Of a DNA stretch of 64,000 nucleotides, positions 41,876 to 52,485 are shown in pieces. The translations under genes were made by a program, and so were the position numbers. The first letter of the stretch is position 1. Every line of letters begins with the position of its first letter. Below the pieces are notes generated by a model. The model worked only from the letters and a program-made list of their open reading frames with translations, ran no database searches and had not been told where the DNA came from. Origin of the DNA: Mobula hypostoma. Taxonomy: Eukaryota. The stretch is from the NCBI RefSeq assembly GCF_963921235.1, contig NC_086097.1, positions 57,166,001 through 57,230,000 on the forward strand, written 5' to 3'.

Positions 41876-42811
41876 CAACACACACAAAATGCTGGTGGAA
41901 CGCAGCAGGCCAGGCAGCATCTATAGGAAGAAGTACAGTCGACGTTTCAGCCGAGACCCTTCGTCAGGACTAACTGAAAGAAGAGATAATAAGAGATTTG
42001 AAAGTGGGAGAGGGAGGGGGAGATCCAAAATGATAGGAGAAGACAGGAGGGGGAGGGAAGAAGCTAAGAGCTGGGAAGTTGATTGGCAAAAGGGATACAG
42101 AGTTGGAGAAGGGGGAAGGATCATGGGACAGGAGGACTAGGGAGAAAGAAAGGGGGAGGGGAGCCCAGAGGAAAATGGAGAGCAGGCAAGGAGTGATTGT
42201 GAGAGGGACAGAGAGAGAAGAAAAAAAAGGAGAGGGGAAATAAAAATAAATAAGGGATGGGGTAAGAAGGGGAGGAGGGGCATTAATGGAAGCTGGAGAA
42301 ATCAGTATTCATGCCATCAGATTGGAGGCTACCCAGATAGAATATAAGGTGTTGTTCCTCCAACCTGAGTGTGGCTTCATCTTGACAATAGAGGAGGTCA
42401 TGGTTGACATTATCAGAATGGGAATGGGACGTAGAATTAAAATGTGTGGCCACTGGGAGATCCTTCTTTCTCCGGCAGACAGAGTGTAGGTGTTCAACGA
42501 AACGGTCTCCCAGTCTGTGTCGGGTCTCACCAATATATAGAAGGCCACACCCGGAGCACCGGACGCAGTATATCACCCCAGCCGACTCACAGGTGAAGTG
42601 TCGCCTCACCTGGAAGGACTGTCTGGGGCTCTGAATGGTGGTGAGGGAGGAAGTGTAAGGGCAGTTGTGGCACTTGTTCTGCTTACACGGATAAGTGCCG
42701 GGAGGGAGGAACACACCTTATATTCCGTCTGGGTTAGCCTCCAACCTGATGGCATGAACATTGATTTCTCTAACTTTCGTTAATGCCCCTCCTCCCCTTC
42801 TTACCCCATCC
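41876..42811 (-). mobile_element. Penelope-like element: GIY-YIG endonuclease C-terminus, 3' terminal repeat and an inverted partial repeat at the 5' end
   Basis: ORF 42283..42714 PCKQNKCHNC...FTCESAGVIYCVRCSGCGLLYIGETRHRLGDRFVEH...VATHFN; ~42705-42811 is an inverted copy of ~42253-42360. Confidence 0.92.
41937..41971 (-). ncRNA. Minimal type I hammerhead-ribozyme motif in the Penelope terminal repeat
   Basis: Minus strand AGTC-CTGACGA-AGGGTCTCGGCT-GAAAC-GTC-GACT: CUGANGA and GAAA core boxes, GUC cleavage triplet, stem I AGTC/GACT. Confidence 0.7.
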
Positions 42812-42821
42812 ATAATTTTTG

Positions 42822-44270
42822 AATAAGATTGCAAGACATACGAGGGGTGATTGATAAGTTTGTGGCCCAAGGTAGAATAAGTCAAATTTAGAAAACCTAG
42901 CACATTTATTTTTCAACATAGTCCCCTCCTACATGTACACACTTAGTCCAGTAGTCGTGGAGCATACGGATCCCTTCTTTGTAGAAGTGGTCCACAGCAG
43001 GGGTGATTGATAAGTTTGTGGCCTATGGTAGAAGGAGATGAGTTATTAACTTCAAACTTTCTGCATTATCACTCAAAGTGTTGAACTGCACGTACATGTA
43101 ACGAGAGTGTCTTGGACTTCCAGGTGGTCCATAGCAGGGTGATTGATAAGTTAGTGGCCTAAGGTAGAAGGAGGTAAGTTATACAGCTCTTGTTACGTGC
43201 ACGTGCAGTTCAACTCTTTGAATGAAAATGCAGAAAGCTTGAAGTTAATAACTCATCTCTTTCTACCCTAGGCCATGAACTTATCAATCACCCCTGCTGT
43301 GGCCCACTTTCTGGAGGTCCAAGACGTCGACTTCTGCAAAGAAGCGATCCGTATGCTCCATGACCGCTGGACTAAGTGTGTAAATGTAGGAAAAATAAAT
43401 GTGCTAGGTTTTCTAAAATTGACTCCTTCTACCTTAGGTCACAAACTTATCAATCACCCCTCGTAGGAGCAGAAATAGGCCAGTTGGCTATCGAGTCTGC
43501 TCCACCATTCAATCATGGCTGATCCTTTATTCCCCTCCTCAGCACCACCACCTGGCCTTCTCCCCCATAACCTTTGACATCGTATCCAGTCAAGTACTTA
43601 CCAATCTCTGCCTTAAGTACACCAAACAACTTGGCCTCCACAGCTGCCTGTGGTAACAAATTCCATAAATTCACCACCCTCTTGCTAAAGAAATTTCTCC
43701 GCATCGCTGTTTTAAATAGACGTCCCCTGTCCTGAGTCTGTGCCCTCTTGTCCTAGACTTCCTCACCATGGGAAACATACTTTCCACATCTGCTCTGTCG
43801 AGGCCTTTCAGCATTCGAAAGGTTTCAATGAGATCCCCACCTCATCTTCGTAAATTGCAGCAAGTACAGACCCAGAGCTATTGAATGTTTCTTGGAAGAT
43901 AACCCTTTTATTCCCGGAGTCATCTTTGTGAATGTCCTCTGAACCCTCTCCAATGCCAGCACATCTTTCTTAGATGAGGAGCCCAAAGCTGTTCACAATA
44001 CTCAAGGTGAGACCTCACCAATGCCTTATAAAGCCTCAGCATCACATCCCTGCTCTTGTATTCTAGACCTCTTGAAATGAATGCTAACATTTCATTTGCC
44101 TTCCTCACCACCACCACCAACTCTACCTGCAAGTTAACCTTTAGGGTGTTCTGCACAAGGATTCCCAAGTCTCTTTGCATCTCAGATTTCTGGATTTTTT
44201 TCTCTGTTTAGAAAATGGTCATGCACTTTGGTAGTAGAAATAAATGTGCAGACTATGTCTGTAATGATCA
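42822..44270 (-). mobile_element. CR1 3' fragment whose tail is split by the mariner MITE
   Basis: QRDLGILVQNTLKVNLQV..., RRNFFSKRVVNLWNLLP; the tail AAGACATA|GGAGCAGAA is rejoined by removing 42841-43465. Confidence 0.85.
42841..43463. mobile_element. Mariner-derived palindromic non-autonomous element (MITE), 623 bp
   Basis: TA TSD (42839-42840, 43464-43465); TIR CGAGGGGTGATTGATAAGTTTGTG; both arms carry a mariner transposase C-terminus (FYKEGIRMLHDYWTKCVHVGGDYVEK* on -, FCKEAIRMLHDRWTKCVNVG on +). Confidence 0.92.
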
Positions 44271-47010
44271 GATATTTACAAACACTTCAAAAGCCTCTGG
44301 CAGTAGTGATAGGGGTATAATTCCTCATGCCTAGTTGTTGCCTGGAGGTCACTCTATATTTCAAAGCAATCTTTGGCCACCTTAACCCAGTTAAAGTAAA
44401 TATGGACTCATGGACAAGTGAAGTGCTGGGTGAGGCCTGGTACAATATAGTGCACCATCTTTTAAAATACTGATACTTTAATAGCAATTTCTGCAGCATT
44501 TTCATTTAGTTGAATAATATTGTTGTCTTCCATTTTTGTTGAGCAGCTAGATTGACCTATTATAATAAATCTTCATGTATTTTGTAAGTATGATCTAAGC
44601 TAATTCGCTTTCATAATTTCCTGGGTTAAATGCTATCCCTTTAATGTTCATGTACTAATTATGTATTCTGTGTACTGATCTATATCTTTTTTTGCTTAAT
44701 GGGCTCCTAAGGAGTAAGGTATAAGAGGGTTTTCTATATCTGATTAAAATTATTTCGTATTTTCTGCGCTTTAACTTTTCATTTCTGGAATTGAGAATTT
44801 TTTTTGATTCGGAGCAAGAAGGCTGTGAGTGAATGGCTGATTTTTCGGAGCGAGGGGAGTTTCTTACTACTTGGGGTAAAAGAGAGGCGAGACTGCGCAG
44901 GCGGGTGACGTCAGCCAGTAGAGTGCGAAAGGTGTAAAAAGAAGACTGCCATATCCAGTGGGCAGTGAAGTGAGAGGCAGCAGAGTGGTAGGGCTTTGGC
45001 TCAACAGACTTAGCCGGTAACGGGATGAGGCGAAGTAGGTTTAACTGTGTTAATTGCGGGAAGGAGGTAGTATGAGGGTGAGGCCAGTTTTCTGTGCTCA
45101 GTGTCAGATGTGGGGGGGTCCTGGAGTCTCCCAGCCTCCCAGATGGCCATATCTGCACCAGGTGTGTCGAGCTGCAGCTCCTGAGGGACCGAGTTAGGGA
45201 ACTGGAGATGCAGCTCAATGACCTTTGTCTGGTCAGGGAGAGTGAGAAGGTGATAGAAAGGAGTTATAGGCAGATGGTCACACCGGGGCCACGGGAGACA
45301 GACAAGTGGGACACAGTCGGGAAGGGGAAGAGTCAGGTACTAGAGAGCACCCCTGTGGCTGTACCCCTTGACAATAAGTACTCCTGTTTGAGTACTGTTG
45401 GGGGGGGTGGGGGTGGACAGCCTATCTGGGGGAAGCGGCAGTGGCCGTGCCTCTGGCACAGTGTCTGGCCCTGTAGCTCAGAAGGGTAGGGTAGGGAAGG
45501 GAAGAGGAAGGCAGTAGTGATAGGGGACTCTATAGTTAGGGGGTCAGACAGGCGATTCTGTGGACGTAAGAAAGAAACTCTGATGGTAATTTGCCTCCCA
45601 GGTGCCAGAGTCTGGGATGTTTCGGATCACGTCCAAGATATCCTGTGGTGGGAGGGAGAACAGCCAGAGGTCGTGGTACATATTGGTACTAATGACATAG
45701 GTAGGAAAAAGGAAGAGGTCCTGAAAAAAGACTGCTGGGAGTTAGGAAGGAAGCTGAGATGCAGGACCACAAAGGTAGTAATCTCGGAATTACTGCCTGT
45801 GCCACGCGACAGTGAGTATAGGAATAGAGTGAGGTGCTGGATAAATGCGTGGCTGAGGGATTGGAGCAGGGGTCAGGGATTCAGATTTCTGGATCATTGG
45901 GACCTCTTTTGGGGCAGGTGTGACCTGTACAAAAAGGATGGGTTGCTCTTGAACCCCAGGAGGACCAATATCCTGGCAGGGAGGTTTGCTAAGTCTACTG
46001 GGGAGAGTTTAAACTAGAATTGTTGTGGGGTGGGAATTGAACTGAAGAGACTGGGGAAAAGGAGGCTGGCTCACAAACAGAGAAAGCTTGTTGACAGTGC
46101 AAGAGGGAGGATAGGCAGGTGGTAGAGAAGGGATGCGTTCAGACCGAAGGTTTGAGATGTGTCTATTTTGACACAAGGAGTGTTGTGAACAAAGTGGATG
46201 AGCTTAGAGTGTGGATCAGTACTTGGAGATATGATGTGGTGGCCATTACAGAGACTTCGATGGCTCAGGGACAGGAATGGTTACTTCAAGTGCTGGGTTT
46301 TAGATGTTTCAGAAAGAACAGGGAGGGAGGCAAGAGAGGTGGGGGTGTGGCACTGTTGATCAGAGATAGTGTCACGGCTGCAGAAAAGGTGGACACCATG
46401 GAAGGATTGTCTACGGAGTCTCTGTGGGTGGAGGTTAGGAACAGGAAAGGGTCAATAACTTTATTGGGTGTTTTTATAGGTTGCCCAATAGTAACAGGGA
46501 TATCGAGGAGCAGATAGGGAAAGAGATCCTGGCAAGGTATAATAATAACAGAGTTGTTGTGATGGGAGGTTTTAATTTCCCAAATATTGATTGACATCTT
46601 CCTAGAGCGAGGGGTTTAGATGGGGTGGAGTTTGTTAGGTTTCTTGACACAATATGTAGGTAAGCCTACAAGAGGAGAGGCTGTACTTGATTTGGTATTG
46701 GGAAATGAACCTGGTCGGGTGTCAGATCTCTCAGTGGGAGAGCATTTTGGAGATAGACAAGTTAGAAAAGCATTTAATTGGAGTAAGGGGAATTATGAGG
46801 CTATCAGGCAGGAAATTGGAGGCTTAAATTGGAAACAGATGTTCTTAGGGAAAAGTACGGAAGAAATGTGGCAAATATTCAAGAGATATTTATGTGGAGT
46901 TCTGCATAGGTACGTTCCAATGAGACAGGGAAGTTATGGTCGGGTACAGGAACCGTGGTGTACAAAGACTGTAATAAATCTAGTCAAGAAGTGTGAATCT
47001 AGTCAAGAAG

Positions 47011-49094
47011 GGTGTGAATTGGGGTGATGTTTTTGCAGGGAAATGTACTATGGACATGTGGTTGATGTTTAGGGATCTCTTGCTGGATGTTAGGGACAAA
47101 TTTGTCCCGGTGAGGAAGATAAAGAATGGTAGGGTGAGGAACCATGGGTGATTAGTCAGGTGGAAAATCTAGTCAGGTGGAAGAAGGCAGCATAAATGAG
47201 GTTGAGGAATATAGGGTAGCAAGAAAGGAGCTTAGGGGGCTGAGGAGAGCAAGAAGGGGGCATGAGAAGGCCTTGGTGAGTAGGGTAAAGGAAAACCCCA
47301 AGGCATTCTTCAATTATGTGAAAAACAAAATGATGACAGGAGTGAATGTAGGACCAATTAGAGATAAAGGTGGGAAGATGTGCCTGGAGACTGTGAAAGT
47401 GAGCGAGGTCCTCAAAGAATACTTTTCTTTGGTATTCACCAATGAGAGGGAACTTGATTATGGTGAGGACAATATGAGTGAGGTTGACAATCTGGAGCAT
47501 GTTGATATTAAGGGAGAGGAGGTGTTGGAGTTCTTAAAATACATTAGGACAAATAAGTCCCCGGAGCCTGATGGAATATTCCCCAGGCTGCTCCACGAGG
47601 CGAGAGAAGAGATTGCTGAGCCTCTGGCTAGGATCTTCTTGTCCTTGTTGTCCGCAGGAATGGTACCGGAGGATTGGAGGGAGGCGAACATTGTCCCCTT
47701 GTTCAAAACAGGTAGTAGGGATAGTCCGGGTAATTATAGTCCAGTGAGCCTTACGTCTGTGGTGGGAAAACTGTTGGAAAAGATTCTTAGAGATAGGATT
47801 TATGGGCATTTAGAGAAACATGGTTTGAGCAGGGACAGTCAGCATGGCTTTTTGAAGGGCAGATCATGTCTAACAAGCCTGATAGAGTTCTTTGAGGAGG
47901 TGACCAGGCATGTAGATCAGGGTAGTGCAGTGGATGTGATCTACATGGATTTTAGTAACGCATTTGACAAGATTCCACACGGTAGGCTTATTCAGAAAGT
48001 CAGAAGGCATGGGATCCAGGAAAGTTTGGCCAGGTGGATTCAGAATTGGCTCACCTGCAGAAAGCAGAGGGTCGTGGTGGAGGGAGTACATTTGGATTGG
48101 AGGGATGTGACTAGTGGTGTCCCACAAGGATCGGTTCTGGGACCTCTGCTTTTCGTGATTGTTATTAACGGACGGGATGTGGGGGTAGAAGGGTGGGTTG
48201 GCAAGTTTGCCGACGGCACAAAGGTTGGTGTTGTGGATAGTGTAGAGGATTATCGAAGTTTGCAGAGAGACATTGATGGGATGCAGAAGTGGGCTGAGAA
48301 GCGGCAGATGGAGTTCAACCTGGAGAATTGTGAGGTGGTACACTTTGGAAGGACAAACTCCAAGGCAGAGTACAAAGTAAGTGGCAGGATACTTGGTAGT
48401 GTGGAGGAGCAGAGCGATCTGGGGGTACATGTCCACAGATCCCTGAAAGTTGCCTCACAGGTAGATAGGGTAGTTAAGAAAGCTTATGTGGTGTTAGCTT
48501 TCATAAGTCAAGGGATAGAGTTTAAGAGTTGCGGGGTAATGATGCAGCTCTATAAAACTCTAGTTAGGCCACACTTGGAGTACTGTGTCCAGTTCTGGTC
48601 GCCTTGCTATAGGAAGGATGTGGAAGCATTGGAAAGGGTACAGAGGAGACTTACCAGGATGCTGCCTGGCTTAGAGAGTATGCATTATGATCAGAGATTA
48701 AGGGAGCTAGGGCTTTACTCTCTGGAGAGAAGGAGGATGAGAGGAGACATGGTAGAGGTACACAAGATATTAAGAGGAATAGATAGAGTGGGCAGCCAAC
48801 GCCTCTTCCCCAGGGCATCACTGTTCAGTACAAGAGGACATGGCTTTAAGGTAAGGGGTGGGAAGTTCAAGGGGGATATTAGAGGAAGGTTTTTTACTCA
48901 GAGAGTGGTTGGTGCATGGAATACACTGCCTGAGTCAGTGGTGGAGGCAGATACACTAGTGAAATTTAAGAGACTACTAGACAGGTATATGGAGGAATTT
49001 AAGGTGGGGGGTTATATGGGAGGTAAGGTTTAAGGGTCGGCACAACATTGTGGGCTGAAGGACCTGTACTGTGCTGTTCTATTCTATGTTCTAT
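47011..49094 (+). mobile_element. Younger CR1 (same subfamily as 1-2540 and 30822-32512) nested in the host CR1
   Basis: 618-aa open RT frame 47177..49033; tail TTCTATTCTATGTTCTAT; host sequence ...AATCTAGTCAAGAAG|AAAAGAAAAGC rejoins across it with GAAG duplicated. Confidence 0.92.
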
Positions 49095-50485
49095 GAAGAA
49101 AAGAAAAGCTTACAAAAGGTTCAGAGAGCTAGGTAATGTTAGAGATCTAGAAGATTATAAGGCTAATAGGAAGGAGCTAAGGAAGGAAATTAGGAGAGCC
49201 AGAAGGGGCCATGAGAAGGCCCTGGCAGGCAGGATTAAGGAAAACCCTGAGGCATTCTACAAGTATGTGAAGAGCAAGAGGATAAGACGTGAAAGAATAG
49301 GACCTATCAAGTGTGACAGTGGGAAAGTGTGTATGGAACCGGAGGAAATAGCAGAGATACTTAGTGAATACTTTACTTCAGTAATCACTATGGAAAAGGA
49401 TCTTGGTGATTGTAGTGATGACTTGCACCATCCTGAAAAGCTTGAGCATGTAGATATTAAGAAAGAGGATGTGCTGGAGCTTTTGGAAAGCATCAAGTTG
49501 GATAAGTTGCTGGGACCAAATGAGATGTAACCCAGGCTACTGTGATGTGGTGGGGTGGGGGGGGGGCGGCAAGGGAGGAGATTGCTGAGCCTCTGGTGAT
49601 GATCTTTGCATCATCAATGGGGATGGGAGAGGTTCCAGAGGATTGGAGGGTTGCGGATGTTGTTCCCTTATTCAGGAAAGGGAGTAGAGATAGCCCAGGA
49701 AATTATAGACCAATGAGTCTACCTCAGTGGTTTGTAAGTTGATGGAGAAGATCCTGAGAAGCAGGATTTTTGAACATTTGATTAGGAGTAGTCAGCATAG
49801 CTTCATCAAGGGCAGGCCGTGCCTTATGAGCCTGATTGAATTTTTTGAGGATGTGACTAAACACTTTGATGAAGGAAGAGTAGTAGATGTAGTGTATATG
49901 GATTTCAGCAAGGCATTTGATAAGGTACCCCATGCAAGGCTTATTGAGAAAGTAAAGAGGCATAGGATCCAAGGGGACATTGCTTTGTGGATCCAGAACT
50001 GGCTTGCCCACAGAAGGTAAAGAGTGGTTGTAGACGGGTCATATTTTGCATGGAGGTCAGTCACCAGTGGGGTGCCTCAGGGATCTATTCTGGGACCCTT
50101 ACTCTTCATGATTTTTATCAATGACCTGGATGAGGAAGTGGAGGGATGGGTTAGTAAGTTTGCTGATGACAAAAAGGTTGGGGGTGTTGTGGATAGTGTG
50201 GACGGCTGTCAGAGGTTACAGTGGGACATTGATAGGATGCAAAACTGGGCTGAGAAATGGCAGATGGAGGTCAACCCAGATAAGTGTGAAGTGGTTCACT
50301 TTGGTAGGTCAAATATGATGGCAGAATATAGTATTAATGGTAAAGCTGTTGGCAGTGTGGAGGATCAAAGGGATCTTGGGGTCCGAGTCCATAGGATGCT
50401 CAAAGCAGCTGTGCAGGTCGACTCTGTGGTTAAGAAGGCGTACGTGTATTGACCTTCATCAATCGTGGAATTGAATTCAGGAGCC

Positions 50486-50750
50486 ACAAAATACTCTGCG
50501 GATGCTGGGGTCAAAGCAACATTCACAACATGCTGGAGGAACTCAGCAGGTCGGGCAGCATCCATGAAAATGATCAGTCAATGTTTCGGGCTGGAACCCT
50601 TCATCTCCTTCCCACCCTCCCCCCGCCTTCCTTATAGGGCCTCTGCCCCTTCCCTCTTCACTCCTGATGAAGGGTTCTGGCTTGGAAACGTTGACTGATC
50701 ATTTCCATGGATGCTGGCCGACCTGCTGAGTTCATCCAGCATGTTGAGTG
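50486..50750. mobile_element. Penelope-like terminal-repeat hairpin insertion with hammerhead remnants
   Basis: TSD TTGAATT[C/T]AGGAGCC at 50471-50485 and 50751-50765; ~80-bp inverted arms at 50526-50605 and 50666-50746; CTGATGA...GAAAC at 50664-50689. Confidence 0.88.
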
Positions 50751-51584
50751 TTGAATTTAGGAGCCGAGAGGTAATGTTGCAGCTATATAGGATCCTGGGC
50801 AGACCCCACTTGGAGTACTGTGCTCAGTTCTGATCGCCTCACTACAGGAAGGATGTGGAAGCCATAGAAAGGGTGCAGAGGAGATTTACAAGGATGTTGC
50901 CTGGATTGGGGAGCATGCCATATGAGAATCGGTTGAGCGAACTCAGCCTTTTCCCCTTGGAGCGACGGAGGATGAGGGCTGACCAGATAGAGGTGTATAA
51001 GATGATGAGAGGCATTGATAGTCAGGGGCTTTTTCCTAGGGCTGAAATAGTTGCCACAAGAGGACACAGGTTTAAGTTGCTGGGGAGTAGGTACAGAGGA
51101 GAGGCCAGGGGTAAGTTTTTTAATCAAAGAGTGGTGAGTGCATGGAATGGGCTGCCGGCAACGGTGGTGGAAATGGATATGATAGGGTCTTTTAAGAGAC
51201 AATTAGATAGGTACATGGAGCTTAGTAAAATAGAGAGCTTTAGGTAAGCCTAGTAATTTCTAAGGTAGGGACATGTTCGGCACAACTTTGTGGGCTGAAG
51301 GGCCTGTATTGTTCTGTAGGTTTTCTTTGTTCTATGCTGTTGTAACTGGAACAAGAGTTCTTGTTAGCAAGTCCAGTGTTTTGTCTGAAACATTGTGAGA
51401 TTTCACATGTTTGAAATCCCGGTGGTTCAGCATCTTGCTCACCAGGTAATGTTTCCTTGTCCACTTACCTGGGTCCCAGTACCTGTATTTTCTTTCCATG
51501 CCCTGATTTACCCCCACTCCCTTTCCAATATTATTCATCTCAAGCTCCTGAATAAGTGTGGATAACATCACTCACCTCAGCACT

Positions 51585-51848
51585 GAACTGAATTGATTCC
51601 GCAACTTATGGACTCACTTTCAAGGACTCGACAACTCATCTTCTCAGTATTATTTGTTCGTTATTATTTGTTCTTGTATTTGCACAGTTTGTCTTTTCCA
51701 CATTTTTGTTTGTCATTCTTTCTTTGTGAATAATTTTTCATTTTTTCTATTGTATTTGTTCTTCCATGAATGCCTGCAAAAAATAAACCTTAGGGTAGAA
51801 TACGGTGACATAAATGTACTTTTATAATAAATTTACTTTGAGCTTTGA
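51585..51848 (+). repeat. Short retroposon 3'-end repeat, also present at ~57390-57595
   Basis: Shared CACTTTCAAGGACTC...TTCTCAGTATTATTT...TTTGCACAGTTTGTC; tail AATAAATTTACTTTGAGCTTTG. Confidence 0.6.
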
Positions 51849-52134
51849 AATAATTTAATATTAGAAATACAAGTTCCTTTTTGCAATAATTCATTTTTAA
51901 TTGGTGGACATTATAAATATATAAAATAGCTTTCAGCATTTGCCTCTAATCCTCTCAAGGTAAGTAGGGTAAAACACTAATCCCATAACAGTTCAAAACA
52001 TACCAAGAAAATTATGGAAATAAAGGAACAGTTAAAGGAAAAATCTAAACACTTCAATGTGGAGTTCAAGTCAGCACCAGCAATGATTGTGGTTTGTCAC
52101 TTTACGTAATAGGCAAGTCACATCAGTGAAAAAG

Positions 52135-52485
52135 CAGTTCTCATACTAACCTACATCACTGTGTGGTATGGAAACTGCACTGCGATGGACAGGAGGGTTC
52201 TATAATGGGTAGTTAAAACTGCCAAATACGTCACTTAGCACCAGCCTACTCGTCATCAAGGACAAGTATATGGAAAGGTGCTTGAAAAATACCAGCAATA
52301 TCATGAAGGATCTTATGGACTGTACCCAGCATCACTTTATGTACATACGAAATCAGTCTATGTTGTGTATTTATATTTATTGTGTTCTTTATACTTTTTT
52401 TATGCTGCATCAGATCTAGAGTAACAATCATTTCTTTCTCTACACTTCTGTACTGAACAATGACAATCAACAATCTTGAATCTTC
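52135..52485 (+). mobile_element. Rex1/Babar 3' remnant
   Basis: ATCACTGTGTGGTATGGAAACTGC (ITVWYGNC) followed by a LINE 3'UTR with an AATCTTGAATCTT tail. Confidence 0.6.

Larger units (their letters stand above)
44800..51336 (+). mobile_element. Near full-length CR1 LINE (5'UTR, ORF1, ORF2), degenerate, with two nested insertions
   Basis: ORF1 from ~45072 (zinc finger HICTRC; esterase IGDSIVRG, HIGTNDI; stop 46017); endonuclease YDVVAITET; RT resumes at 49095 (DFSKAFD, GVPQGSILGPLLF, FADD); 3' tail near 51336. The 5' boundary is approximate. Confidence 0.92.

Noticed and set aside
42841..43463. CRISPR-like repeat-spacer array
   Set aside because: The repeats occur in both orientations and are mariner TIR cores. 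The context is vertebrate and there are no cas genes.
47177..49033. 618-aa open RT frame as an active or domesticated gene
   Set aside because: It is a 5'-truncated nested CR1 lacking the endonuclease, and the catalytic FADD is mutated to FADG. Openness reflects young age.
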